A stretch of 64,000 bases of DNA from assembly GCA_964016885.1 (NCBI GenBank), contig OZ024741.1, forward strand, positions 120,342,001 through 120,406,000, written 5' to 3'. Positions within the stretch are counted from its first letter, which is position 1. Each line of letters begins with the position of its first letter. This DNA comes from Eledone cirrhosa. Its lineage: Eukaryota. The notes beneath the pieces are model-generated. The model was not told the origin of the DNA. It ran no database searches and saw nothing but the letters and a program-made list of their open reading frames with translations. This document shows, in pieces, positions 1 through 14,474 of the stretch. Made by a program: the position numbers and the translations under genes.

Positions 1-536
1 GCCCACATATACACACACATACTCTCCCTCTCTTACACATACCCTAGCACACCCACACCCACATACAGACCACCATATGCCTACTGGCGCCTGCCTAAAC
101 AGCCCCTTACATCCGGTCTCACACGCACGCATACGCGCACACACGCGCAGACTCACACGTACACGCATACAAAGATACATATCGGCGTTCGGGCACATCT
201 GCACATATATACACAAACACTCTCAGACACATACATAGATACACATACGCACATACACGCATATCCTTATGGATAGGCATCAAGGACAGACACACTTCCA
301 AAGACATAAGCACACATACACACACATACACACACCTGTACATATATCTACACACAAGTACATGTATCCGCATATAAACACATAGACAAACCTTGTCCTA
401 TGTGGGTGTACGTACGCACCCACACACACCCCCACTGACAGATACACACCATCTATATATATATGTGTGTGTACATAGACACACACACATACACACGCAT
501 GCAGACATACACACATGCACATATACATATATGTAT

Positions 537-600
<64 letters not shown>
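1..600. repeat. Degenerate (CA)/(TA) microsatellite region
   Basis: Mixed CA/TA dinucleotide runs ending in a pure (TA)n at ~546-600. Confidence 0.9.
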
Positions 601-604
<4 letters not shown>

Positions 605-950
605 ATAATAATAAAATTGAAGACTAAAATCCAAAGAGGGCTCGATAAAGAAAATATATATCAAATATATAAGAACCGTAGAGCAAATATTTATACCATA
701 AACGTGGTTCTGTCTTTGCGCGTAATTGTTTTTCACCGCTCCTATTAATGACGTATTATTCGTTTTTTCCCGTCCTTTGCCAGCGAACGTTACCACGAAC
801 CAAAGTATCGTCTTCCTGTCTTCCTCGGTTGCAACGTTTTTTGAAATATCCAGTTCTGCGTTTACAGATTGACTTTGTTAGTTTCAGAAGATCCCGTTAA
901 GGGTGAAAGCAGCGATTCTTTGCTTAAACTTTAATCTGTTATTTTAATAA
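601..950 (+). mobile_element. Composite non-coding repeat: module A (601-690) plus module B (690-950), likely PLE pLTR/retrozyme-derived
   Basis: A recurs at ~39080-39170 and ~50395-50482. B recurs at ~39170-39418 (inverted), 50944-51006/52524-52585 and 52610-52875. B ends in an HHR-like motif followed by (TA)n. Confidence 0.75.
880..930 (+). ncRNA. Hammerhead-like motif, U4A core variant
   Basis: agttt-CAGAAGA-tccc gttaa gggt-GAAA-gca...tgc-TT-aaact. Stems I, II and III all pair. Copies at 52803-52853 (+) and 39189-39239 (-). Confidence 0.55.
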
Positions 951-964
951 ATATATATATATAT

Positions 965-3900
965 AATGAAAAATTGAACAGGGACAGAACAGAGAGGCAG
1001 TACAATAAATGTTTATTAAATTCACGCTCAGGAGAGTGGAGGGGTAGGTGGGGGACGACGTTTCGGGCATAAGCCCTTCTTCAGGTGAGAAGTGTGTGGG
1101 AACAGAGTTCAAAAGGTGTGTAGGGGAGTGGTGGAGAGACATATAGCGAAAGGAAACGGTGCGAATGAAAAATTAACAAATAAAGACAAAAAATATATAA
1201 TAAATAAAAATAAAGCATGATCAAAATACAAGGAATGAGAAAATTTAAAAATAAAGGCATAATCAAAATAAACTGAAATTAAAAAGGGGGTAAACAGGTG
1301 GTGGAAGGGTGTGGGGTGAGTAGGGGTGGTGGCGGGTGGAGTGGGGAGAGGGAGACGGGGTGTCCGAGCGGGGAGGGCTGAAGGTGGTGTGTGTGGTTAG
1401 GTGTGCGTGTGTGTGTGTATGTGAAAGTGAGGGTTGGGGGAAGAACGGGGTTGCATGTTCAGGAAGGTGTGTGTGGGGGGTGTTTTTGTGGGTCGGAGTG
1501 TCTGTGCGTGTGTGGATAGGGGGTGGGGGAGAGGAATCAGGAGGCTGAGGGTGTAAATATGTGGTGGGAAGCACGTGTGTGTGGTTTAAGCGTGTTGTGG
1601 GTGTGGGTGGCGTGTGGATAAAAAAAAAATTGGGGGGGTGTGTGTGTGGGTGAGTTATATAGGTGATGGTGTAAGAGGATGGTTGAAAAGTTGGTAAGTT
1701 CCACGGATGTTTGGAGATTTGGTTAGAAGTCAATTTCGCGTGTGGGTAATCCAAGAAGCGGTGGTCGGAAGAGGAGAGAAGTGGGGTGCGCGCGCAACAG
1801 GAAGTGGTCAGCAGTGGGAGTGCTGGGGTCAGTTGGTGCTGAGAGGTGGTCGGAAGGGCATAGCAGCAGTCGGTGGAATGGTAGGGAGGCGAGGATGGGT
1901 AGGTGTGAGAGTTGGAGTGAGGAGGGTGTGTGTGTGTGTATTAGTAGGGGTGTTAGTGGGATGAGTGAGTGTGGAGCGGGGAGAGAAGGGTGTGTGTGGT
2001 TCTATGGAGGGAGTGTGGTGTACTGGTGTGTGTGTAGTTTGGTGAAGAGGTGTTAGTGGGTGTTAGTATGCGGGAGGTGGGGAGGGGTGGAATGCAGGTG
2101 TGAGTGGGGGTTAGTGGTGGTAGGGTGTGTAGAGTTGATGGTGTACGAGGGTGTGTGGGTACGTGTGCGTGGGGTTGGGGGTGTTAGTGATGTTAGTTGC
2201 GTGTGGGGTGGGTGGTGTAAGTGGGTGCGTGTGTGCGTGTGATAAGGAGGGGGAGGAGGAGAAGAGGGGAGGGAAGGGATGTTAGTATGTTAGTTGGGGA
2301 AGGGTGGTCAGATGAGGGGTGGAGTGGAGGTGTTAGTATTGTTAGTGTGGGGTGGGCGGTGAAAAGGAGGGGTGTGTTAGTGGTGTTAGTGGGGGGAGGG
2401 GGCGGTCGAACGCTAAAGGAATAAGGGTGGGGAGTTCAGGCCGGGGGGAGTGTGGGTCTGTAAGATGAAGATAGTGCGTTGTTCGACCGTAAGGCGATGG
2501 GCGGGTGTTCCGTGGCACTGGAGTAGGCCACAGACTGTGAGATGGCGTCCGGAGTGTCCAGGGCCACCAAAGTGGCGGGCGATGGGGGAACTGCCCCCGA
2601 GACGAATATCCCGGAGGTGCTCCGTGACTCGGTCCGCCAGGCGGTTGGGAAGATGTGGGAGGTGGAGGGGTCGGACTGGAGGCGTCGGAAGAGGCGGCGG
2701 ATGGTGCGGTGGAGGGGTAAGGTGGAGGGTTGGTAGGTGATGGGGAAGGGGAGACGGTGGGTGGGTGTGCGGTGGCGTGGGGTGAGGGTGGTGGAGCGGG
2801 GGATAGCACGGGCACGGGTGAGAGCGGTGTAGACGAGAGAGGGGGGTAACCTCTGCGGATGAAATGGCTGACTAGGGAAAGGGCCTGGGACTCGAAGTCA
2901 GCATCACGACTACAGAGGCGGCGGATCCTGAGAAGTTGGGAGTAGGGAATGGAGAGTTTAGTGTGGGTGGGGTGGGAAGAGGTGAAGTCTAGGTAAGAGT
3001 GGGAGTCGGTGGGTTTGAAGAAGGCGGAGGTGACGAGGGAGTGGTGGGAGGGGTCTAAGAAGTGGACGTGGGTGGTGGAGATAGAGGTGGTGAAGTGGAG
3101 GGAAGGGTGGAAGGAGCAGAAGAAGGAGAGAAAGGAGTCGAGCTGTACTCGGGTGAGGGTCGTGGCTCCGATACAGTCGTCAATGTAATGACCGTACAGT
3201 TCGGGCGTGGGCCGGTGTACTGGGCAAAGATTTGGGCCTCAACATGGCCAACAAAAAGGTTGGCATAGTTCGGGCCCATTCTTGTGCCCATGGCTACCCC
3301 CGTGACCTGTTGGTAAAACTCACCCGAGAAGGAGAAACAATTTAGGGTGAGGACCAGCTCGGCGAGGCGAAGGAGGGTGGGGGTGGAGGGAATAGGGGAG
3401 GGGCGAAGGTCGAGGTAGTGTTTGAGGGCGCGAAGGCCGTCGGCGTGGGGGATGACGGTATAGAGGGACTTGATGTCTAGGGTGAAGAGGAATGGCTGAG
3501 GGCCGGGTAGGTAGGTGAAGGAGTCGAAAAGGCGCAGGGCGTGGTTGGTGTCGGAGATGTGGGAGGGGAGGGTGGTGACAAGGGGGGCGAGGAGGGAGTC
3601 GAGAAAGGCGGAGATGAGTTCGGTGGGGCAGTTGCAAGCGGAGACGATGGGGCGGCCGGGGTTGTCGGGTTTGTGGAGTTTGGGGAGGAAGTAGATGGTG
3701 GGGGTGCGGGGGGTGCGGACGATGAGGTGGGAAGCGGTGGGGGGAGGAGGGAGGAGGCGATAAGGTCTTTGATGGTGGAGGAGACTTGTTGTTGGTAGAG
3801 GGGGGTGGGATCGGAGGGTAGAGGGCGGTAAAAGAGGGGGTTACAGAGCTGCCTGAGGGCTTCGGCCGTGTAGAGGTCCGGGGGGTGTAGCTTGCGGGCT

Positions 3901-4660
3901 TTGGTGGAGCTGAGGAACGAGAAGAGGTTGTGGTTGAGGTTGTGGATGAAGGAGAGGATGGCTTGGGCGAGGAGGGGGTGGCAGGTGGAGTAAAGGCGGG
4001 GGAGGGTGGGGGTCAGTTGGTGGTCAAGTAGGCGGAGGGTGGAACGGGAGGCGCGGATGGAGTTGCGCATCAGAAGGGGTGAGGATCGGGTGAGGATACG
4101 TTGCGTGGAGGGGGAAGCAGCGGGGGAGGGGTGGAAGTGTAGACGGAAGCCGAGGGGGATAAGGTGGAGGCGGAGGCAGTGGCTGAGGAAATGGATGTGG
4201 CTGGAGTGCCGGGTTTTGGCGAAGAGAAGGTAGGAGAGTTGAAGGGCGGAGGGGAGATAGCAGGGTGGAAGGAGGTGGGGTGAGGAAAAGTTTGAGGCGA
4301 TTGTGGAGTTGGTGGAGAAAGGATCTCAGGTTGGGCATGATGGGCGTTGGGTGAAAGCAGGGGGAGGGATGGGAGGGCAGGGGTGTGAAGCGGAGTGGAG
4401 TGAACGAAGGGGTGAGTGCGAAGGATAGGCAGAGACGGGGAAGGGAAAAAGAAACAGAAAAACGTAGGGAGGGGGGAGTAAACACCGGAAAATTAAAGAC
4501 AAAAAATCATAAAGGCAATAACACAGGCGATCGTGAACAAAAAATCATAGAAATACAATTGTAAGAACACAGGCAAAGAATCTTATACGGAAAAAAAAGG
4601 GTACGGTAACAAAATCAAACAGAGGTAATGCGTGGAAGGAAAGACAAAGTGTGGGAAGGT
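965..4660 (-). mobile_element. Penelope-like retroelement (Neptune-type RT), internally deleted and frameshifted
   Basis: Minus-strand fragments LDIKSLYTVIPH, GVAMGTRMGPNYANLFVG, FKPTDSHSYL...IPYSQLLRIRRLCS and GIY-YIG tail RLADRVTEHLRDI / EQRTIFILQTHTPPGLN. Coding span ~4338 to 2413; HHR in the 3-prime end. Confidence 0.85.
1057..1084 (-). ncRNA. Minimal type I hammerhead core at PLE 3-prime end
   Basis: Reverse complement reads CTGAAGA-a-gggc ttat gccc-GAAAC-GTC; stem I is weak. Confidence 0.65.
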
Positions 4661-5078
4661 GTGCATACTTATAAACACATATATCTATATGTGTGTACAC
4701 ACATATACACACACAAAATACTCATATACACACACATACGCACACACATATACTTACGCATATCCTTATATACATTTATATATATACACATACACATACA
4801 TACAATATACCCATACATACACATAAATACATACACACACACATATATATAACTCTACATGCATACACATACCCACATATATATATACACATATATATAT
4901 ACATATACATATATATTCATACGCACACGGACCCCACATGCACACACATGCACATATGCATATGTACTTACACACACATGCTTATACATATACATATATA
5001 AACAAAACCGTAAAATAAATATACAATATACAATAAAAATACAATATACAATAAAATAACAATATAGTGTACAATATA

Positions 5079-5130
<52 letters not shown>

Positions 5131-5454
5131 AAAATATAATATTTATAATAGATATATGAAAGATATATAATAGATATATGATATATAATATATATATATA
5201 TATATATAATAGACATATGATATATAATATATATATATAATAGATATATGATAAAATATAATAAAATGAATATATAATCCATCCGTACACATTCCTGTCA
5301 GATGTACACACATATATATATATAAATATATATATAGACCTATATATACATATATACACACACACACATACATACATACGCACCCACATATACACACATA
5401 CTCATACATAGCTATATATATATATATATACACACACATTAATCAGTATACACT

Positions 5455-5752
5455 GAGGTTGAAAAACTCAGAGCTGTATGGGAGCATCCCAAAAGTCAGC
5501 TCAAAAGTGACACAGAGGAGACTGAGGTTAGCTGGACATGCTCACCGACATCCACAGTTGACATTGCACTCAGTGCTCCTTTGGGAGCCCCTACATGGAC
5601 ACACTAGAAGAGGAAGACCAAGGTTAACGTATGTTGATGCCCTAAGGACAGACACTGGTCTGTTGGAGACGCAGGACATGGCAGCGATAATGAGGGACAG
5701 AGACCGCTGGAGAGAACTCGTCCATGGATCTCGGGAATTTTACCCGCCTTAG
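5455..5752 (+). mobile_element. 3-prime fragment of RTE-clade LINE
   Basis: ORF with RRLRLAGHAHRH...LLWEP.HG...RGRPRLTYVD...MRDRDRWR, the typical RTE ORF C-terminus. Confidence 0.8.
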
Positions 5753-5949
5753 AGATATACACACACACCCACATATGTACACACATGTACATGTATGCAC
5801 ACACACACATATATAAACTCACGCATATACGTACACATGCACACATATACACACCCACGTATATATATATATATATCTACATACACACACACACACATAC
5901 ATATACATACGCACAGGTCTACACATAAAAACACATATAAAAACAATAA

Positions 5950-7735
5950 GATAATAAAATAAAATAAATTTACAATATGTTAAAATACATTAAAATCTGT
6001 ATATAACTTCACAAAGAGATAAATAAAAAGGGGGGGGGTAAAGGAGAAGGTACGTGTATTCATGTGATATACTACACACAGGTGCAAACTTAGGTCCGTG
6101 TATGGAACAAACAACAATAACAATAACAATAATAACAATAATAATTGTTCCAAAGTGGAACATGTGGAGAGTATATATTCACGATTGACGGGGTACACAT
6201 TCATGGGGACGCTTGGCCCGGTCACCTTGGGGTATGTCACTGTGGGTGGGGTGTGCTGTTCTATATGTTTGGGGTATTTGACTGAACGACCGTGGACTCC
6301 GTGTCAGTCAGTCCCGGCATAGGCGATGTACCTGCCCAATGTTGCGTGCGGGGTCTGGTGTGCACCTTGGTTTATTTAGGTTTGCTACACGAGGCGTATA
6401 ATATCATCTGGGTATGGTGTCAGGTCCCTTAATCCCGTTGGGCCGCTCGAGTCTATGCGTACTCCGTCTCATGCCCTTGGCCTGTGCTACCTGGAGGATT
6501 CCATGCTTCAAATGTGTATCTTCTCTGGTGTCTGCAGGTCATGATAATTTTAGACTTCAGGTTGACCGAGTCATCTTTCAGTCTGACTATCTCCATGGCC
6601 TCGTGTAGGCATAATCGGCACGTTCTACTTCCAGCCGAGTATGCCCTCGCATGCCGAACGATATTCCATTCCAGGGCGTACGGAGTGCCTTGGTCTTTCA
6701 GGTTCCACACCAGGTCCACTAACCTAGTGTAGTGTCTTTTGCTACGGTCCATGAAGGAATTCGTGTGATTATATATCCGCGATTTAAAGGTCGTGGATGT
6801 TGCGTTGATGTAGGTGCGATGTGCATTTTGGGTTCTAACCTCACACTTGTATATCAGGTCCTTCGTCAAGCATTTTCCCTGTAGGGGTCATTGGGTGCCC
6901 GCTCTGCAGTTACAACTTCTGTTGTCAGTTCTTTCGCATCTGATGTCTGGGCTTCGATCTGTTATGGCCCTCTCAGGATTATCAGGGTGTTGTTCCGCCG
7001 ATACCGTGGTCTCCCCTATGCCACTCGTTCCCTCACGGCGTTGGATCATATTACCTTCTACGGGCGTTTCGGCCGCCTCGGGAGCTGGGTTGTCATTTGA
7101 GGGGCGGTCCCCGAGTGGTCCTCTGCGCTCCGATAGACGGTCATTCTGTCGCCGCGGTTGACGGCCAATGTTCGCCATCTTCACCGCGTTAGTTTTAGCC
7201 ATGTAATCGGCCATGTTAGGTGCTGTGGAGAAGGAAAACTTCACCGTGTGGCGGCTGAAGATTTTGTGGTACTTGTTTGTCGGCGGAAAGCACTCATCCA
7301 ACGCTCGGAAAAAAGTCCTGGCACGTTGGTGCGTAGATGTTTGGAGTAAGGCGCATTGAACTAAGTAACGGCCTTAGATCTGTTCCTTCGTGTGCGTGGA
7401 TTCTTGTTGGTGTGTCCTGGACCCGATGTCCGTCCCGTGCTCTGCCCAACCACAATTACATCTCCTGTGTTGTCTCTATCTATGCGCCCGCTGTGGGCAT
7501 TAGTTATTAAGGTAGGTCGTTCTATGTTGTCGGCTATACATCTAGTCCCCTTAGGTCTATGTGATGCTGCTGTCGGTGCTGTACCACTACAACCAGGCCG
7601 GGTGTGCTCTCTGGCGGGTGCCACAGCCGTACGTGTCGTTGTCCTGTCCCTAGTCCTAGTTACCGCGAAGCATGCAGTGTGCGTGCCAGGCCTATGTCTC
7701 CGCGTACTGGGTGGTCTAGCTTCTATGGGTGCCTT
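5950..7735 (-). mobile_element. Penelope-like element, 3-prime part (GIY-YIG region plus 3-prime UTR), degraded
   Basis: ORFs 6888-7301 (FP..NKYHKIFSRHTVKFSFS...SCNCR) and 6453-6869 (TFKSRIYNH...CRLCLHE...CRH), homologous to 17400-18080. Confidence 0.8.
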
Positions 7736-7942
7736 TGCCCTATGTGTGTGTATGTGTATGTATATATGTATATATATATGTGTGGTATTTATCTATACGT
7801 ATGTATGTACACATATATACGTATGTATGTACACATATATATGTATATATGTATATATATATATATGTGTGTATATATATACATATATGTGTGTGTATGT
7901 ATGTGTGTATATGTATTGTATGTATGTATATGTATGTATATG

Positions 7943-8029
<87 letters not shown>

Positions 8030-8179
8030 ATACTTTGGGAGGGTCATGTTGCCAATAAGAAACACACGCACCAGTTGCTTTCACTTCAATTTATTATATA
8101 TATATAAATTTACAAATTTACAAATTTATAAATTTCTGGTTGGTTGGTTGGTTCCACAACCAGATAGTTGTTTATATAT

Positions 8180-8224
8180 AGTCATAGTCCTTTCGTCACA
8201 CACTCTGTGACCTCTTCAGTGACT
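8180..8224 (-). ncRNA. Minimal type I hammerhead ribozyme in 3-prime pLTR
   Basis: agtca-CTGAAGA-g-gtcaca gagtg tgtgac-GAAAG ga CTA-tgact, with canonical core and paired stems. Confidence 0.8.
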
Positions 8225-8434
8225 GGGGATTCCTTTCTTTGTCTCCGTGCCTCTCCTTTGTTCTATCCTACGCCATTTTGTTTCTGTGTGTGTGTTGTGT
8301 GCTCAGTTTGCGCATGCGCCACATCCGGGTGTCTGTGTGTTTATGTTCATTTATCTATTTGTTTATTTATTTATTTATTTACATGTTATTGGTTGGTTGT
8401 TTGTTCTATGTGTGTGTGTGTTTTCATTTTGTCC

Positions 8435-11400
8435 TTAATTGTAAGTTGTGATGTTGCTGTTCCACTCATATTTTCTATTTAATTTTGGTTGTAATTCTTT
8501 TATGTTTATTGCCTCTGTAATTTGTCTAAACATTGCATCTTTTCTGTGTGTAGATTCTATTTTTATTTCTATGTTCTCTAATTTACCCTTGTGTTCTATC
8601 TTAGCATGTTGGTAGAGTACAGATGATTCTTTATTATCTTGAAGGTCTCGCCAGTGTTCATTTAACCGTTCCCCTATACTACGAGCTGTCTCACCTATGT
8701 ACACTATATTTTTGTTTCTACATTGTCCTTCAGTACATCTTATGCTATACACTACATTTCTAGTTTTACAGTTAATATGGGGGCTTATTTTACAGTTAAT
8801 ATGGGGGCTTATTTCTTATCTATACATGAGGGTCTTTGGAAAGGGTATGTCTTGCTAATAAGTGTTTTTACGGAGGTACCTGGTCTTTCTACTATCTTAA
8901 TATTGAGTTTATGTTTATTTAGGGCCCTTCTAAATTTGTAGGATAGTTCGCCTCTAGGGGTTGTATCGATGAACATTACACTCTGGTATTTATTGCTATC
9001 ATACCATGAGTTTATTCTATTAGCCTTGTTCCTAGTTCTTTCTATTCTATTCCAAAATTTGCTCCTATACAAGAGGCAGGTCCCATTTATGTCATTATTT
9101 ACCATTTTTTCCCATTTGGTTCTGGCTCCTCTATACACTCTGATTATATCTCTCTGATTGTAGCCAGAGAACTGCATACGGTGGATGAAGTGTTGTATGT
9201 GTCTCTCTAGTTCTTCGGGGTTGCACATGCGGGACACATTTCTCATCACCCGTACCAAATCCGCAATCAGTATGTTGATTTTGGTATGGTCCGAAATGGC
9301 CGAGTTTCGGTGGATCAGATGTTTGGAAGTCATGGGTTTGGCATAATGGGAATGGAGGATTTGTTTTTGGTTGTTAATGGTATCTAACCAGAGCTCTGTG
9401 TCTAGTACAGGTAATCGATGGTTGGGGTGTCTACTTGGGTAGTCTATAGTAACTCTAATGCTCTTGTGGATGGAGTTTGCTATTTGCTGGATGCTTTCAA
9501 TTGTGTTTTTCTCTAGTTCCTGACTGTTCTCTAGTGGGGGTGTCTTAACTACGATGTTTATATCATCTACGTAGCGGGAGTACATTATCAGGGTTAAGCT
9601 GTCTTCTAATTGTTCTTTAAGTTTAAGTTTAAGTCTACTGTCCCACCATACCATGAATAAGTTAGCTATGTCGCCTGTAATTCTAACACCAATGGCTGCT
9701 CCTTCCTCTTGGGCATATGTTTTACCATTAAATTTGAACATATGTTCCTTAAGGGTTAGTTTTATGCTGGCCCCTACCGCATGTGCAATCATTTTCTTCA
9801 GTTCATCGTGGTTTTCGGGTGTCCGTATGGCTCTGGTCCACCCGTTCCATCTATCTGTGTGGGTTTTCTTGGCCATTGAGGTAATGGTAGGTGGTCTGCC
9901 TCTTGCTGGTCTTGTAGGGCACAGGTTGCTAAGGTCATATGTGCCTAGGTAACTATTACTATAGGTAAGCTTAAGTAAAAGTCCCAGCTCACTGGTATCA
10001 ATCCCACGGAACTCAACCTTGCTCTCGCTGATCATTTCTACGCATTTCTCCACAGCAAAATCCACGTCAATAGATGGATACAGGGACACAACATCCATAC
10101 TGCCTATTATGCAGTTTGTTAGGTCCCCAGATCGGTTACTCACGCCGATTCTGCTGAGGAGGTCCTCCGTGCTGTCACATACATCTGGGGACATTTCAAT
10201 GATGGGGCGTATGATCAGGGAGAAGAAGTAGGACAGTCTGTAGTTACTAGCAATGTTAGCTCCACAGACTGGCCGTGTTGGTGGTCCCGCGACAGGGTCA
10301 CAGCCCGTTTTATGGTCTTTTCGAAGCCCATACAACGCCGGCACGTCATTGTTCCAGGCCTGGAAGTTGTTGGCAGTCCTTTTGTTGGGCTGCATTATAT
10401 TCGTCCACATCACCATATGGGCATTGAGGGCTTTTTCTCTATCCTCATGCTCCTGTGGTGTTACCTCTCTTGTGTTAGTGATGTGGGGTTGCATTGCCTG
10501 GATGTAGTTTGGCAGGCTGTCAACCGACATTCTGCCAGACTTGTCTGTTGGAAAGCATGCTCTCCATCACGCGAGCGCTGCATGAGCTTACGCAAGCCAT
10601 TTGCAGATTTTTCTCCCAGTTGCTGGGCCTCCATTCTATTATGCTTCTTGCTATACTGTTCTATAATATTTCTAAGTTCGGATCTAGCTATACTAAATTG
10701 TGCTTCTGTTTGTTCATCGACCTGCGACGGCAGTTGCGTGCGTTTGTTAAATGGTAAAGTCGTGGCGTGGACTCGTCGCAGGTCGAATGATTTATCGGAG
10801 GGATTATAAAACGGAGAGTTCCAGGCTGCTGCTTTATGTGTGCTAGTGCTATTATAGTTAGTTGTGTTGTTTCTATTTCTATTTCCACCAACAGCCTCAT
10901 GGTTGTTTCTATGTCTCTCATAATTACTCGTGTCTCTTTCCACTGGCTCATTGTTGTTATCTACCCTATTTTGTGTGTCTGTGTGTTCGTCTTGGTTATT
11001 CTCTTTGTCCTTAGTCTCCCTTCTCCTTTTAATCCTATTACTTTCCCTTATTTCTGTGATTTCTGTGCTACTGTCATTACTTGCTTTCTGTGTCTGTGTG
11101 TTTGTTAAGATTGTGGTGGTGGTGAGAGGCATTGAATGCGTGTGTGTTGTTGTTGTTGATGTGTGCTGTTGTTGATGTGTGTTGTTGTTGTCTCCGTGTG
11201 TGTTATTGTTGTTGTGTGTGTTGTTATTGTTGTTTGTGTCTGCGTGTCTGTTGTTGTTGTTTCTGGGGATGTTGTTATTGTTGTTGTTGTTGATGTGTGT
11301 GTTGTTGTTATTGTTGTTTGTGTCTGTGTGTCTGTTGTTGTTGGGATGTGTGTTGTATATGTGTGTGCGTATATTGTTGCTTTTGTTTTTGTTTTTGTTT

Positions 11401-12134
11401 TTGATGCTACAGCGTAGTTTTGTAAATGATTTTTCTATTTCTGACAGACAACTAATCATATTTACCTTCTTGAATGTCGCAAATTTCAGGGGCAAACACA
11501 ACACAGACATTTCGTCATTATCTATTCTTGCGTTCCCATATATATTGGTGTTTTTGTTGTTGAACTCTTCTGTTAATGAGGTGTCGGTCATGTTTATACC
11601 GTCGATTTTGTCGGGATATCTATTGGTATTCTCTATAGTATCCTGATTTAGCTTTATCTGTTTAAGCCACTTTAGTTTCCTGTTAAAGTGCTTATCACAT
11701 TCTTGAGTAATGTACTGTTCTTCAGGGCGTATAAGGCTTATAAATATTAGTTTCTCTCTTGGTGTGGTGATCCTAGCTATTTCTTGTATTAGGTTACGCT
11801 TTTGTTTTTCTTGATGACTTAATTCTCTATAGATCTTCTTTTTTATGTTTAGAATTAATGTTCGTTTTAGCCTATCTGCTTGTTTTTTGGTGAGTTGTAA
11901 TCTTCTAACGTCGGTATTGATGGTGTTGGTGTAGATTCTGGATGAGGCACACTGCTTTATGAAGTATAGTTGTCGAGATGTTATGGTTTTTCGTAGACAA
12001 CAGAACATGGTGGTTTTCAGTATCTTGTTAGCCTGGCTAAGGCTTACGATATTTCGTTTCTGAATTTGTTTAGTAAGATTCTTTATCTGAAATCGTGTGT
12101 TGAAACCGATATTGTTATACTTTGGGAGGGTCAT
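8435..12134 (-). pseudogene. PLE polyprotein (RT + GIY-YIG) split by at least two frameshifts
   Basis: ORFs 10461-12158, 8809-10530 (SMDVVSLYPSI, YSRYVDD) and 8435-8752 (VYSIRC...C...VYIGETAR...RLNEH). The TDKSGRM motif is restored across a frameshift at ~10545; a second lesion lies at ~8764-8815. Confidence 0.88.
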
Positions 12135-12266
12135 GTTGCCAATAAGAAACACACGCACCAGTTGCTTTCACTTCAATTTATTATATATTTATAAATTTAC
12201 AAATTTACAAATTTATAAATTTCTGGTTGGTTGGTTGGTTCCACAACCAGATAGTTGTTTATATAT

Positions 12267-12311
12267 AGTCATAGTCCTTTCGTCACACACTCTGTGACCT
12301 CTTCAGTGACT
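12267..12311 (-). ncRNA. Minimal type I hammerhead ribozyme in 5-prime pLTR
   Basis: Identical to 8180-8224. Confidence 0.8.
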
Positions 12312-13144
12312 GGGGATTCCTTTCTTTGTCTCCGTGCCTCTCCTTTGTTCTGTCCTACGCCATTTTGTTTCTGTGTGTGTGTTGTGTGCTCAGTTTGCGC
12401 ATGCGCCACATCCGGGTGTCTGTGTGTGTTTATGTTCATTTATCTATTTGTTTATTTATTTATTTATTTACATGTTATTGGTTGGTTGTTTGTTCTATGT
12501 GTGTGTTTTCATTTTGTCCTTAATTGTAAGTTGTGATGTTGCTGTTCCACTCATATTTTCTATTTAATTTTGGTTGTAATTCTTTTATGTTTATTGCCTC
12601 TGTAATTTGTCTAAACATTGCATCTTTTCTGTGTGTAGATTCTATTTTTATTTCTATGTTCTCTAATTTACCCTTGTGTTCTATCTTAGCATGTTGGTAG
12701 AGTACAGATGATTCTTTATTATCTTGAAGGTCTCGCCAGTGTTCATTTATCCGTTCCCCTATACTACGAGCTGTCTCATCTATGTACACTATATTTTTGT
12801 TTCTACATTGTCCTTCAGTACATCTTATGCTATACACTACATTTCTAGTTTTACAGTTAATATGGGGGCTTATTTTACAGTTAATATTGGGGCTTATTTC
12901 TTATCTATACATGAGGGTCTTTGGAAATACCATTAATGTACTTTAGGATAATAAATTTAACTATGGAAATCAGCTAGTTACCTCCCCTTACGCATTAACT
13001 CCCCTTACGCATTAACTCCCCTTAATCACACACACACTTCCGGAATATAATACAATGTCATCTCTCACAACAAAAACAACCTGATCTATGAATCGAATTA
13101 AAGAACGACAAGCTATGATTTATAACATGGTTCACCAAGCACCC

Positions 13145-13972
<828 letters not shown>

Positions 13973-14213
13973 ACACGGGTGTGTATGATTGTGTATAGAA
14001 GATTATATTAATAAAAGGAATTCCAACTTTGTCTGATTTACTCGTTTTATTTACAATCCTTTAAAATTTATAATGGTATTAGAATGAAATAGTGTGGTAG
14101 AATATTAAATGTTAAGTGTCAATTGAACAAGTACTTTCATGCTTTCGCAATCTTCAGGTTCATATTCTGTGGTGACAGTCAAGTTTGCAATTTTCGAGTT
14201 ATATATATCTACA

Positions 14214-14253
<40 letters not shown>

Positions 14254-14437
14254 TATATATATACAGTGCATATATATATATATATGTGTGTGTGTGTCTG
14301 TGTGTCTGTGTGTCTGTGTGTCTGTGTGTCTGTGTGTGTGTGTGTGTGCGTGTGTGTAAGTATATGTATATATAGATACTTTGTATATATATAATATATA
14401 ATATATATATATAGTACATATATAATATATATATTAT

Positions 14438-14474
<37 letters not shown>

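Larger units (their letters stand above)
8023..12927 (-). mobile_element. Near full-length Penelope-like element (Naiad-like RT) with two ~820-bp direct pseudo-LTRs
   Basis: Near-identical direct repeats 8023-8841 and 12110-12927 flank a broken ORF with N-terminal, RT and GIY-YIG regions. The 3-prime end abuts (TA)n. Clade assignment rests on the GAAIGVRITG..A..M.WWD motif and is tentative. Confidence 0.92.

Noticed and set aside
625-690. Hammerhead in module A
   Set aside because: CCAAAGA...GTAG departs from the core at too many positions.
8435-10530. Selenocysteine recoding as reported for some Naiad PLEs
   Set aside because: No in-frame TGA at Cys positions and no SECIS recognised; the breaks are frameshifts.
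12981-13025. CRISPR-like or telomeric repeat (ctccccttacgcattaa x2.5)
   Set aside because: Short spacer-less 17-bp tandem in eukaryotic DNA; not TTAGGG.
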